Below, in pieces: positions 1 through 10,337 of a DNA stretch of 64,000 nucleotides. This stretch comes from an uncultured Verrucomicrobiae bacterium (GTDB taxonomy: Bacteria > Verrucomicrobiota > Verrucomicrobiia > Chthoniobacterales > JAFAMB01). Location: positions 591,612-655,611 of the forward strand of contig CAVXLD010000001.1 of the NCBI GenBank assembly GCA_963762565.1. The letters run 5' to 3'. Position 1 is the first letter of the stretch; each line of letters starts with the position of its first letter. A program made the position numbers and the translations under genes. Under the pieces are notes generated by a model. The model made no database searches. It saw nothing but the letters and a program-made list of their open reading frames with translations, and was not told where the DNA came from.

Positions 1-636
1 GGCGGCTGGGAAATCAATGTCCCGTTCACGTTGAATCGTAGCCCAGGGTCAACCCAGATGCAGGCGCCACTAGTCGACATGAACTATGGGTTGCCCCAAC
101 TGCAACTCGAGTTCGATATTCCCTTGGCGGTTGTTAGCGACGACCGGAAAGGGACTAATGCCGGACTAGGCGACCTCTTGTATGGGATCAAATGGCGATT
201 TTACAAAGACGACAAAACCCAAACCCAAATCGGTGTTTATCCACAAATGTTCGCGCCAACCGGAGATTACCAGCGCGGGCTGGGCGGAGGCCGGCCGAAC
301 TACATCTTACCGTTACTGGCGGAAAAGAGCTGGGATAGATGGACGCTATACGGCAACATCGGTTATCGCTTACAAACTGCTCTCGGCCAACAAAACTATT
401 GGTACGCGGGCAGCGTCTTACAACGCGATATCACTGACCGGCTGAGTCTTGGGGTCGAGCTTTTTGGTAATACACCAACTGCCCCAAACAGCCGACCCGA
501 CGTCGCCTTCAATATCGGGGGCAGCTTTAAGTTACAAGAGCACCTGAACTTCATTTTCACCGCTGGACGGGACATCGTGGGTGATACGCACGCGACGCTA
601 TACCTGGGTCTGCAGATCGTGACGAATAAGGAATAG
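1..636 (+). CDS. Putative outer-membrane beta-barrel / transporter family protein, 5' partial
   Basis: Frame is open from position 1 (GGWEINVPFTLNRSPG...). Amphipathic aromatic beta-strand pattern, GLGDLLYGIKWRF motif, C-terminal LYLGLQI strand. Confidence 0.6.
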   Translation, partial: GGWEINVPFTLNRSPGSTQMQAPLVDMNYGLPQLQLEFDIPLAVVSDDRKGTNAGLGDLLYGIKWRFYKDDKTQTQIGVYPQMFAPTGDYQRGLGGGRPNYILPLLAEKSWDRWTLYGNIGYRLQTALGQQNYWYAGSVLQRDITDRLSLGVELFGNTPTAPNSRPDVAFNIGGSFKLQEHLNFIFTAGRDIVGDTHATLYLGLQIVTNKE

Positions 637-935
637 CCGCGAGAGATCAACCAGCGCCAAAGCCCAACCAAAAAGAAAAACCTCACGCAAAAACGCAAAG
701 GCGCAAAGGTTAAGACACAGGCAAGTATTGAGCAAAGTCCGGGGAGACCAGGGGAGACAACAATTCTGAACCAACGCGTTTCTTCGTAGCTCGGCCTATC
801 TTCGCTAGCCAACCAGATCCATCGCTTCGAAATCGGAAACGCTCAGCCCTGCATGGTATTAACCTTTGCGTCTTTGCGTGAGATTTTCTGTGCTTGGGTT
901 GCGGCTATGCCACGCTGTGTTCTCTTGCAGCTATT
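630..935. repeat. Nested inverted 9-mer repeat hairpin between convergent genes
   Basis: cctcacgcaaaaacgcaaaggcgcaaaggttaa (681-713) pairs imperfectly with ttaacctttgcgtctttgcgtgag (859-882). Outer gaatagccgc (631) pairs with gcggctat/gcagctattc (~901-937). Confidence 0.75.
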
Positions 936-939
936 CAGT

Positions 940-3369
940 TTATTCGCGTAGGGCCGTGATCGGGTTAACTCGCACGGCCCGCAAGGCTGGCAGGAGACAG
1001 GCTAACAAAGCAGTCGTGCTAAGCACGACGATCGCAATCAATAGCGAGAGCGGATCAGTCGGCGATACCCCGTACAGCAGGGTGGTCATTACACGGGACA
1101 GGGCCAGCGCGGCCATAACACCAATCACAAGCCCAATCCCGGCTAGTTTCAGTCCGCGGCGTATCACAAGCCGCAAAATGTCAGCCGGGCGAGCGCCAAC
1201 CGCTTTTCGGATACCGATCTCGCGGGTTCGTTGGCTAACCGCGTACGCCAAAACTCCATACAAGCCAATCGCGGAGAGGAACAAGGTAGCCCCGGAAAAG
1301 AAGCCGACCATTAGGATGCCGAGGCGTCGAATTCCAAATTTCTTCGTGATCAACTCGCTCAATGTACCGATCTTGGCCAGAGGAACATCCGGGTCAGCGG
1401 ACGCAATAGCAGAACGGATGCTAGACGTCAGTGCCAGAGGATCACCCGCTGAACGCACAGTCAGGATTCCAAAGCTATATTCGGTCTCTTGACCGGATGC
1501 CAAATACGCATGAAACGGCGCCGGCTGAAAGTCAGGAGCATTATATCGGACATCTGAGGCAACCCCGATAACGCTGTATGACCGGTCGCCGGTCCAACCA
1601 CCAATTCTTATTTGTTTCCCAAGCGGATTCTCATTCCGAAAGAGTTTCTGGGCCAACGATTCACCCAAAATCACAACCGGCTGGCTGGATAAGGTATCTT
1701 GGGTGTTGAAGTCGCGACCTTGCAACAGCGGAACTCTCAGCGTTCGAAAATAGCCCGGTGATACGCCATGTCCGTCTAGCGTGGGCCGACGGCCAGGCCC
1801 CGGGTCGGGCTGGCCCACCACATAGAATGGACTAGCCCAATAAACGAAATTCCAATAAAAAGGCGGGTAATCGCTAACCGCCGCTTCCGTGACCCCCGGG
1901 AGCCGGCGAATCTTCTGTAATACCGAGTCCCAGAAGGCCTGCATCGCTCCATCGTTTCCTCGATATTTTGTGCTCGTGAGATAGAGTTCGCCGGTAAGAA
2001 TATTCCCCGGATCAAAGCCGAGCGGCAAATCCTGCGTCGCTTTAAGACTACGGGCAAGCAACCCGGTACCAACCAGCAAGACGCAGGTTGCGGCCATCTG
2101 TGCGATTATCAAGATTGACTGCGCGTGTTGCCTCTGCGGCCCAGCCGTGCCAGTTCTACCGGTCTCTTGAGTCAGAGTTGAAGAAACATTCGCCTTGGAA
2201 AGACTCCGAGCAGGCAAACAGCCGGAAATTAACGATGCCAGCGCAGTAACTCCCAGCACAAACAGCAACGCTTCACCATTGAGCGTTACACCTTCAAAGC
2301 GATACTGCATGTAATACAAGTCGTGCGGAACCAAAGCTTTGACGGCTCCAATTGTCCAAAAAGCAACTACTAGACCGCCAATTCCTCCGATAAATGAGAG
2401 GCATATAGTCTCTCTGAGAAGCTCTGCTGCCAGCCGTAAACGGCTCGCACCGAGGGCGGCTCGAACCGCCATTTCTCTTCGCCGATCCAAGGCTCGAGCA
2501 AATAAAAGATTGGCAACGTTGGCGCATGAGACCAACAACAGGCCCGCAGCAGCTGCGCTAACCAACCAAATCGTTTGTGAGAATCCAGCCACCAGATTAT
2601 CAATCGGCCTTATTACCCGTATGCCATAACCTTTATCGGTATCCGGATACTCACTACTTAGCCTAGCCTGGATAACGCTCAAGTCAGCCTCCGCATCAGC
2701 AACATTTATTCCGTCCTTTAGCCGACCGATCCCAGTCCCTATATGTCTGTCCCGTTTCCACGGGTCGGAGTCGACCCGTTCAATTGTAGTAATTGGAACG
2801 TATACGTCGCACGAAGCCCAATAGTTGACCTGGGCCGGCACGACTCCGATTACTTCGAAGCTCACACCGTCGAGGATTAGATTCTCACCCACGACCTTTG
2901 GATCGGAGTTGAATCGGGTTCGCCAGAATTGCTCGTTCAGGACCGCGACCAATGGCCCACCTTTCACTTCCTCCGCCGAGGTAAACACGCGGCCGAGAAT
3001 TGGCGGAAGCGCGCTTACCTCAAACATGCTCGCCGATACAAAATCGGTGTTGAGCCGCTGAGCGTCGCCCTTACCCGTCAGGTCTACAAGTCCACTGCAG
3101 ACGAACGCAAGGCTTTCACAGGTATGTTGAGCGGCAGCCATATCCAGGTAATCGGGATAATCGAGCGCGTTCTCCTTCCCTTGGTCCGTCAGATAATACT
3201 GTATGAGTCGATCTGGCTTTGGGTACGAGAATGGCCTTAGTAAAACCCCATCGATGACGCTAAACATGGCCGCGGTCGTACCAATACCGAGGCTTAAAAC
3301 TAAGACCGCCGTAATGGTAAATCCCGGCGACTTGAGAAGTGGACGGATTGTGTGGCGAAGGGGGAACAT
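940..3369 (-). CDS. ADOP-like duplicated MacB/FtsX ABC permease (array 1, gene 5 in transcription order)
   Basis: 809 aa. [14 protein letters not shown]-terminus, two MacB periplasmic + FtsX halves, RRREMAVRAALGA and [14 protein letters not shown]-terminal NPITALRE. Confidence 0.92.
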   Translation of the reverse strand: MFPLRHTIRPLLKSPGFTITAVLVLSLGIGTTAAMFSVIDGVLLRPFSYPKPDRLIQYYLTDQGKENALDYPDYLDMAAAQHTCESLAFVCSGLVDLTGKGDAQRLNTDFVSASMFEVSALPPILGRVFTSAEEVKGGPLVAVLNEQFWRTRFNSDPKVVGENLILDGVSFEVIGVVPAQVNYWASCDVYVPITTIERVDSDPWKRDRHIGTGIGRLKDGINVADAEADLSVIQARLSSEYPDTDKGYGIRVIRPIDNLVAGFSQTIWLVSAAAAGLLLVSCANVANLLFARALDRRREMAVRAALGASRLRLAAELLRETICLSFIGGIGGLVVAFWTIGAVKALVPHDLYYMQYRFEGVTLNGEALLFVLGVTALASLISGCLPARSLSKANVSSTLTQETGRTGTAGPQRQHAQSILIIAQMAATCVLLVGTGLLARSLKATQDLPLGFDPGNILTGELYLTSTKYRGNDGAMQAFWDSVLQKIRRLPGVTEAAVSDYPPFYWNFVYWASPFYVVGQPDPGPGRRPTLDGHGVSPGYFRTLRVPLLQGRDFNTQDTLSSQPVVILGESLAQKLFRNENPLGKQIRIGGWTGDRSYSVIGVASDVRYNAPDFQPAPFHAYLASGQETEYSFGILTVRSAGDPLALTSSIRSAIASADPDVPLAKIGTLSELITKKFGIRRLGILMVGFFSGATLFLSAIGLYGVLAYAVSQRTREIGIRKAVGARPADILRLVIRRGLKLAGIGLVIGVMAALALSRVMTTLLYGVSPTDPLSLLIAIVVLSTTALLACLLPALRAVRVNPITALRE

Positions 3370-3545
3370 GGAGCAGTGAGAGGTGATTAGTGATTGGTGA
3401 TTTGTGATTGGTAGAGGAGCTAGGATCTAGGAGCTAGGAGTCTTACTGTTCTAGTCGATCCTCTTCGCGATCTTCGCGGCCTTGTTGTGGTTGTATTTTT
3501 TTTTGCGCTTTTTGTGCCTTTTTGCGGCTATTCTTTCTGGCTTTG

Positions 3546-4976
3546 TTATTCACGCAGCGCGGTGATCGGGTTGGTTCTAGCAGCGCGCCATGCTGGTAAG
3601 AGACACGCTAAGCCCCCGGTTAGAGTCAGTACGAGAATCGTCAAACCGAGTGTAACGGGATCATCCCCAGATACACCGTAAAGCAAGCTGTTAGTAAACC
3701 GTACTATCAGTAGTGAAATACAAAGCCCAGCGGCCAATCCTAAACCCACAATTTTTAATCCCTGCCCCATTACGAGCTGTACAATATTCAACGCCTGGGC
3801 CCCGACGGCGATGCGTACGCCGATTTCACGGCGTCGTTGGGTAACCGAGTAGGCTAGCACTCCATATAATCCGATTGCGGACAAAAAGAGTGCAAAACCA
3901 GAGAACGAACTCACTAACAAGGTACTGAGCCGTCGAGTCGTCAACTTAGCTTCGATCCAGTCATCAAAGGCGCCAACCTTGGATAGAGCCACGGTAGGAT
4001 CGACCGACGCGACGGCCGCCCGAATAGCGGGTACCATCGCCAATGGATCACCCTCCGTCCGCACCAACAGCGTTCCGTCGCGTAACCAGGCAGGAAAAGG
4101 ATGATAAGCTTGAAATTCCGTTACTCGCACGCCCGGACTATCATGAGCCACATGTTTGGTGACACCGACTATCGTAAAGTACTCTCTCGGGAAGCCGTAA
4201 CGATCGCTAAAGTCGTGAATCTGTTTTCCGATTGGATCCTGGCCCGGGAAGAAGCGATCGGCGATGATCTGGTCGATAATCACGACATTCGGATCCTTTC
4301 GCATGTCGTTCTCTTCAAAATCGCGGCCGGCGATTAATGGTATCTTCAAGGTTTTGAAGTAGTCAGGGCTTACTACCTGCCATTCGTAAGCTGGTTCTTC
4401 GCCCGGTTTCGGATCTGGTTGTCCCGGGATGCCGAAGCGTACGACCTCGCTCCAGTTATTAAACGGGGGGTTTGGATTTAGGGCGGCGGCAGTAACTCCG
4501 GGCTGGCTGCGTACCGTAACGAGCAGGTCTTTAAAGAATTTGAGGCTTCGCCCGTCTTTACCGTAGCGGACACCGGCCAATTCAATTTTAGCCGCGAGCA
4601 GATGGTGCGGATCAAAGCCGAGCGACATCGTCTCCGATGCTTGAAGGCTCCGAGCCAGGAGCCCAGCTCCTATCATGAGAACGCAGGCAATGCCTACTTG
4701 GGCTATTGCAGCCAGATCTTCGAAGCTGCTTTGAGTCCGACAGAAGTCCTGATAATCGGGATAGTCAAACCAGGTCCATGGTGCGTTAGGAATCTCTTGA
4801 TAGATCTGTACTAACCGCTCCGCGTGCGGATAAGGCAGCGGTTTCAGCAGCACCGCGTCGACCAAACTGAAGATCGCCGTATTGGTGCCGATGCCGAAGC
4901 CGAGGATTAGGATCGCGGTGATCGAGAAGCCTGGCGATTTGAGTAGGAGGCGGAGTGTGTAGCGGAGGGGGAACAC
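3546..4976 (-). CDS. ADOP-like permease with large in-frame internal deletion (array 1, gene 4); possibly non-functional
   Basis: 476 aa. Normal N-terminus up to FEDLAA is fused directly to second-half [17 protein letters not shown]; about 330 aa shorter than paralogs. Confidence 0.85.
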   Translation of the reverse strand: MFPLRYTLRLLLKSPGFSITAILILGFGIGTNTAIFSLVDAVLLKPLPYPHAERLVQIYQEIPNAPWTWFDYPDYQDFCRTQSSFEDLAAIAQVGIACVLMIGAGLLARSLQASETMSLGFDPHHLLAAKIELAGVRYGKDGRSLKFFKDLLVTVRSQPGVTAAALNPNPPFNNWSEVVRFGIPGQPDPKPGEEPAYEWQVVSPDYFKTLKIPLIAGRDFEENDMRKDPNVVIIDQIIADRFFPGQDPIGKQIHDFSDRYGFPREYFTIVGVTKHVAHDSPGVRVTEFQAYHPFPAWLRDGTLLVRTEGDPLAMVPAIRAAVASVDPTVALSKVGAFDDWIEAKLTTRRLSTLLVSSFSGFALFLSAIGLYGVLAYSVTQRRREIGVRIAVGAQALNIVQLVMGQGLKIVGLGLAAGLCISLLIVRFTNSLLYGVSGDDPVTLGLTILVLTLTGGLACLLPAWRAARTNPITALRE

Positions 4977-5172
4977 GGGGCAGTGAGAGGTGATTCGTGA
5001 TTAGTGATTGGTCCAAGCGCTACGAGCCAGAGTCTAGGAGCTAGGAGTCGTACTGGTCTAGTTGGTCGTCTTCGCGATCTTTGTGGCCTTGCGGTGGTTA
5101 AATTCTTGCTCTTTTTGTGCCTTTTTGCGGCTGTTTCCTATTTGATTATTGGCTATTTGTCATGTGCTCGCG

Positions 5173-7617
5173 TCATTCGCGCAGCGCGGTAACCGGGTTA
5201 ATGCGGATGGCTCGTAGGGCCGGTAATAGGCAAGCGGTCGCGGCTGCCAGACCAAGCACTAGAACTGTTACTCCCAACGTGACTGGATCAGCCGGCGATA
5301 CCTGATAGAGCATGCTCTGAATTAGACGGGTTGAGAGCAGGGCAATGCCGACGCCCATCATTAGCCCTACGAGCACCAAACTGAATCCGCGCCGGGCGAC
5401 TAATTTTAAGATATTGCTGGGTTGAGCACCCAGACTGATCCGGATTCCGATCTCACGCGTTTTCTGACGAACCGAATAAGCTAAGAGGCCGTACAGACCG
5501 ATCGCAGACAAAAACAAGGCTACCCCGGAAAACAATCCGACTAACAAAACGCCGACTCGTCTGGTGCTAAACCGGCTGGCAATCCGTTCTTCGAATAGTC
5601 CTATCTTGGATACAGGAACATCGGGATCAATCGAAGCCGCCAATCTTCGTACGCCAGACACCAAAGCGGCTGGATCACCAGCCACTCTGACTAGAAGTTG
5701 GCCATAGCGAGCGAAGCTATAGGGAAAATAGATTTGGAAAACGGCTTGCGGAACATCTGGGCTATCGTGGCGGCTGTTGGCGACGACCCCAACAATCGTG
5801 TAGTAATGGACGGGTTCACCGAATCGCGAGTAGGTATCGCGAATCTGTTTCCCGAGCGGATTTTCGCCTGGGAAAAAGCGCTCTGCCAGCGCCTGATCGA
5901 CAATGGCGACCTTCTTTTCGTGATATTCGTCTTCCGCAGTGACGTCACGTCCGGTCAGCAAAGGAATCCCCATGGTTTGAAAGTATCCTGGAGTGATTGA
6001 TTGGAATTCTGCCTTAGCAGCTTCTCCAAAATACGGATCAGGGTGACCGGCTATTCCGAAAGGTTCGACGATGTTCCAAGCTAAATTGAACGGCGGATCA
6101 TTGGCTATGGACGCACCGATCACCGCCGGCATCAGGCGAACCTTTTCTAGCAACTGATCAAAAAAACGAGCGCCACGAGCTGGATCAGAGTCAAAATGAG
6201 CATCTTCTTGGGAAATTTCCGCGACTAAGAGATGACCTGGGTTGAACCCGAGTGGCACGCTTTGGGCCGCCTGATAGCTCCGAACCAACAAGCCTGCTCC
6301 CATCAAAAGCGCGCAGGTAAAAGCGACCTGCCCAGCAATCAACATCGATTGTAGCAGCTGCCGAGGCCGTCCTACCGTGCCGGTCCGCCCAGCATCACAC
6401 CGAAGCGCAGAATCTAGCTCCCCACCGGATAATCCCCAGGCTGGGATTAATCCAAACAATAGCGATACCGCAAGCGTGGCGGCCAATACGAAAAGGAACG
6501 CCAACGGATCCAGACTTATCCTATGAAACCGGGTTAGGTCATCTTGAGGACACATCGCTTTGACTATGGATATCGCGCAGGAGGCTACGATCAGACCAGC
6601 CGCGCCACCGAGCAGAACCAGGAGGCCATTCTCCAGAAGCAACTGAACAAGCAATTGTGATCGGCTGGCTCCAAGGGCAACGCGGACAGCAATTTCTTGG
6701 GACCGGTCCAGCCCTCTCACTAGGAGTAAGCCGGCCACATTCGCACAAGCGATCAACAACATACAGGCCACGGCGCCACCTAACAGCCAGAGAGTGCTTG
6801 CATAGTCACTCACCTGAGAATCCAGAATCGAACTGACTGAGATACCGTACCATTGGTTAGTCGCTGGATATTGCTTCGCCAACCGAGTGTTGATCACCTC
6901 GAGATCTGCTTCGGCTTCTGCTGCGCTCACGGCCTGTTTAAGGCGGCCGTAACAACCAAATATGTGCAGATCGCGCTCCGGTTTACCCCGATGTGGATCG
7001 TGGAAAGGAGGATCCAGTCCCAGCGGAGTAAAGAAATCTATCCTGGCGCTCCAATCGTCGACTGTCTCCGCGACCACTCCGATCACTTCGTAAATCTGAC
7101 CGTCCATCGTGATGTGGGCACCGAGGATATTGGGATCCGCATCGAAAATGGATCTCCATATACGCTCGTTAATCACGACGACTGACGGTCCGCCCGGCTT
7201 TGCCTCCTTTTCAGTAAAGGGTCTTCCGAGGAGGAAAGGAGCTTGCAAAACATCGAAGAAACTTCCAGTCGCGGATTCGCCGAATAGCTGTTCCGAACCC
7301 TCTTTCGTTCGAAGATGGAAGCTACGATAGTAAATCAGGCTAAGGCTCACGAAACTGTGCTGAGTTGCACAGATCTCCTCGTAGTCTGGGTAATCCATCC
7401 CTCCCCATTTAGCCCCCGGCGAGGGCATGTTGATCTGCAGCAACTGATCCGCGTCCGCAAATGGTAGAGGCCTAAGTAAAATCGCATTGATCAGACTAAA
7501 GATCGCCGTATTAGCTCCGATACCAAAGCTAAGGATCAGGATCGCGGTGATGGTAAAACCCGGCGATTTGAGCAGGAGGCGGAGCGTGTGATGGAGATGT
7601 GAAGTTAGGCTTCGCAT
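5173..7617 (-). CDS. ADOP-like duplicated MacB/FtsX ABC permease (array 1, gene 3)
   Basis: 814 aa with the same motifs ([36 protein letters not shown]). Confidence 0.92.
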   Translation of the reverse strand: MRSLTSHLHHTLRLLLKSPGFTITAILILSFGIGANTAIFSLINAILLRPLPFADADQLLQINMPSPGAKWGGMDYPDYEEICATQHSFVSLSLIYYRSFHLRTKEGSEQLFGESATGSFFDVLQAPFLLGRPFTEKEAKPGGPSVVVINERIWRSIFDADPNILGAHITMDGQIYEVIGVVAETVDDWSARIDFFTPLGLDPPFHDPHRGKPERDLHIFGCYGRLKQAVSAAEAEADLEVINTRLAKQYPATNQWYGISVSSILDSQVSDYASTLWLLGGAVACMLLIACANVAGLLLVRGLDRSQEIAVRVALGASRSQLLVQLLLENGLLVLLGGAAGLIVASCAISIVKAMCPQDDLTRFHRISLDPLAFLFVLAATLAVSLLFGLIPAWGLSGGELDSALRCDAGRTGTVGRPRQLLQSMLIAGQVAFTCALLMGAGLLVRSYQAAQSVPLGFNPGHLLVAEISQEDAHFDSDPARGARFFDQLLEKVRLMPAVIGASIANDPPFNLAWNIVEPFGIAGHPDPYFGEAAKAEFQSITPGYFQTMGIPLLTGRDVTAEDEYHEKKVAIVDQALAERFFPGENPLGKQIRDTYSRFGEPVHYYTIVGVVANSRHDSPDVPQAVFQIYFPYSFARYGQLLVRVAGDPAALVSGVRRLAASIDPDVPVSKIGLFEERIASRFSTRRVGVLLVGLFSGVALFLSAIGLYGLLAYSVRQKTREIGIRISLGAQPSNILKLVARRGFSLVLVGLMMGVGIALLSTRLIQSMLYQVSPADPVTLGVTVLVLGLAAATACLLPALRAIRINPVTALRE

Positions 7618-7631
7618 TCAGTTTAGAATTG

Positions 7632-7731
7632 ATTTACCACAGAGACACGGAGGACACCGAGACAGATCTTCCAAATGGGTTAGATCTTGGGGTGTCCGAT
7701 CTTTGCGCACTCTGTGTCTCTGTGGTGAATT
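7632..7731. repeat. Inverted 9-mer repeat hairpin in the permease spacer
   Basis: atttaccacagagacacggaggacaccgag ... ctctgtgtctctgtggtgaat. Confidence 0.75.
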
Positions 7732-7743
7732 TTGGTTTTTCAA

Positions 7744-10170
7744 TCACTCGCGCAGGACTGTGACTGGGTTGACTCGGATGGCTCGCAGCGCTGGCAACAA
7801 GCATGCGAGTAGCGCAGCGAAAGAGAGCACGACGATGCTGGCGGCAATCGTGATTGGATCGTTACCGCTAACGCCATAGAGCAGACTTCCCAGGAATTGG
7901 CTCAAGACCGACGCAGTGAGTACACCGGCAACGACTCCTATCCCAACCATTTTGAAGCCCTGTTTCAGGACGAGGTTCACGATATGATGCCGCAAGGCGC
8001 CTACCGCAATTCGCACCCCAATTTCAGGAGTTTGGCGAGTCACTGAATAAGCCAAAACTCCGTACAAGCCGACGGCGGCCAAAAGTAAAGCAGTCCCGGA
8101 AAAGATGCTCACTACGAGCGCCACTAATTTTCGCATCGAAAGTGCCCGTGAAATGAAGTTAGAAAAAGTATCGACTCTTGCCAACGGCACGTCAGGATCG
8201 ATTGAGGCAACGGCTTGTCGCAAGGCCGGCAGTAATCCTGACGGATCTCCATCTGATCGTACGAGTAAGATTTCGTAATGAGTGAACTGCTGATAACAAG
8301 GGAAATAACCAGCGAACTTGCGCGAATGATTCGGGCCGCCGTGTCGCATGTCTTGTACAACACCGACGATCGTGTACCGCTTTTGCGACATGTAAGAACC
8401 GGGTACCTCGATCTGTTCGCCGATCGCGCTCTGGCCTGGGAAAAAGGTGCCGGCCAGTGCGTGATTAACTATGACTACCCCTTGGCTATTGCGCGCGTCG
8501 CCTTCGTTGAAATCCCGCCCCTCAATTATCGGGGTCTCTACCGTATGAAAATACCCAGGCGAAATGTTTTGGGCGTTCAAAGTCGGTTCATGACCGGGCT
8601 CAACTTGCGTCTGTTCAGGAACGATGAACGGGTCATACCCGCCGCCCTCCGAGTTAACAAAGGGCGGGTCGTCACTTAACGCTGCAGACGTAACGCCCGG
8701 CACCTGCGACACTTTTTGTAAGACGGCTTTAAAGAAAGCGTCCGCTTGCGATTGTTCTTTATACTTCGCGTTCCCCAGGTTGATTTCGGCAGCAAGCAAG
8801 TAATCGGGATTGAACCCCAGCGGAATGCTCTGCGCTGCCTCGAAACTCCGAACCAGTAGCCCAGTACCAATTAGCAATACGCAAGCCAATGCTACCTGGC
8901 TCATCATCATCACTGATTGCATTCGGCTGCGCTGCGGCCCGGCCGTGCGGTTTCGGCTGCCTGAACCCCTAAGCACCGCCGCTACCTCTGTCTTTGACGA
9001 AATAAAGGCCGGGAAGAGCCCCGATAAAAGAGCGGTCAGCGTAATAGCCCCGGCACAGAACAAAAGTGCTTGGGAACTAAGAGAAAGATCAGAGACCCGG
9101 TTTAAGTCCGCAGGGCTGATCCGCTTTATCAATTGGATTGCCCCTACCGCTAAGGGTATCCCAACCCATCCGCCGGCCAGTGAAAGAAGTGCGCTCTCGA
9201 GGATTAAATGACTAATGAGGCGGAAGCGAGACGCTCCCATGGCGGCTCGAATGGTTAGATCGCGTTGTCGATCCGATGCTCTGGACACAAGTAGAGTTGC
9301 GACGTTTGTGCTCGAAAGCAGAAGCAGGAAAGCCGCTGCCGCGCCCAAAACCCAAAGAGTCGTCGCATAGTCAGATACCTCAGCTTGCAGAATGCTCTCC
9401 AGACGAACCCCGTTACCCTTGTCTTCTGGGTACCGAGCGGCCAGGTCATTGGTGATTATTTTAAGATCCGCCTCAGCCTGCGCCAGCGTGACGCCCTCCT
9501 TCAGCCGACCGAAACACGTAAAGACACCATAGTCACGGTTCCGCCACGCGTCCCAGCCAGAAATGACGTCAGCCGTATTCAGCGGCAACAAAATTCTCGG
9601 AGGCTCGCTGTATTCGCTATAGAATGCTTTTATCACTCCGACGACCTCAAAGCCGACACCATTGAGAACAATGTTCTTGCCAAGGATATTGGGATCGGCG
9701 TTAAATCGGCTCCTCCAGAGCGGTTCCGTGAGCACCGCTACGGCTGGTCCTCCGGGCTGATCCTCCTCGGCGGTAAATGGTCTCCCTAAAATGAACGGCA
9801 GGCCGTAAGCTTGAAACGCGCTTGCGGTATCAAATGCAGCCCTAACCTGTTCTGTTCTGCCGTCGGCACTCAGGTTGATCGAGTCCCAATGTTCCAGCGC
9901 CAGCGTAACGAAAGAGTTCTGTGCCCGGCAGTAATCAAGAAAATCGGGATAGCCGAAGTACCCATAGTAGACGTTTTGAGCCGGGTTCGTCCTAATCACT
10001 TCTACTAACCTGTCCGGTTCTGGATACGGCAGAGGCTTCAGCAGCACAGCATCGATTAGACTAAAGATGGCTGTGTTCGCCCCGATACCGAACCCGAGCA
10101 CCAGCACTGCGGTGATAGTGAACCCGGGTGATTTGAGCAGAAGTCGGAGCGTGTGGCGCAAGGCAGACAT
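7744..10170 (-). CDS. ADOP-like duplicated MacB/FtsX ABC permease (array 1, gene 2)
   Basis: 808 aa; close paralog of 10338..12776. Confidence 0.92.
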   Translation of the reverse strand: MSALRHTLRLLLKSPGFTITAVLVLGFGIGANTAIFSLIDAVLLKPLPYPEPDRLVEVIRTNPAQNVYYGYFGYPDFLDYCRAQNSFVTLALEHWDSINLSADGRTEQVRAAFDTASAFQAYGLPFILGRPFTAEEDQPGGPAVAVLTEPLWRSRFNADPNILGKNIVLNGVGFEVVGVIKAFYSEYSEPPRILLPLNTADVISGWDAWRNRDYGVFTCFGRLKEGVTLAQAEADLKIITNDLAARYPEDKGNGVRLESILQAEVSDYATTLWVLGAAAAFLLLLSSTNVATLLVSRASDRQRDLTIRAAMGASRFRLISHLILESALLSLAGGWVGIPLAVGAIQLIKRISPADLNRVSDLSLSSQALLFCAGAITLTALLSGLFPAFISSKTEVAAVLRGSGSRNRTAGPQRSRMQSVMMMSQVALACVLLIGTGLLVRSFEAAQSIPLGFNPDYLLAAEINLGNAKYKEQSQADAFFKAVLQKVSQVPGVTSAALSDDPPFVNSEGGGYDPFIVPEQTQVEPGHEPTLNAQNISPGYFHTVETPIIEGRDFNEGDARNSQGVVIVNHALAGTFFPGQSAIGEQIEVPGSYMSQKRYTIVGVVQDMRHGGPNHSRKFAGYFPCYQQFTHYEILLVRSDGDPSGLLPALRQAVASIDPDVPLARVDTFSNFISRALSMRKLVALVVSIFSGTALLLAAVGLYGVLAYSVTRQTPEIGVRIAVGALRHHIVNLVLKQGFKMVGIGVVAGVLTASVLSQFLGSLLYGVSGNDPITIAASIVVLSFAALLACLLPALRAIRVNPVTVLRE

Positions 10171-10337
10171 GGTGAAAGGTGAGAAGTGAAAGGTGAAAGG
10201 AAAGTAGTCAGTAGGTCAGTAATCAGTAACAGACAGGAGCTAGGAGTTAGCAGTCGTATTTCTTTGCGATCTTTGCACTCTTTCGCGGCTATTCCTTCTT
10301 GGCTATCGGCTATTGGCTATTGGTCATGCGCGCAGCG
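10171..10337. repeat. Modular heptamer/nonamer spacer between permease genes
   Basis: Ordered blocks (GGTGAAA)n, (ATCAGTA)n, (GGAGCTA)n, tctttgcgatctttgcac, (GGCTATT/C)n. Homologous to spacers at 46952-47292 and 49735-49913. Confidence 0.85.

Noticed and set aside
866-1492. Long antisense ORFs over permease 3' ends (and similar ones throughout)
   Set aside because: These are shadow frames of well-supported genes with no recognisable motifs.
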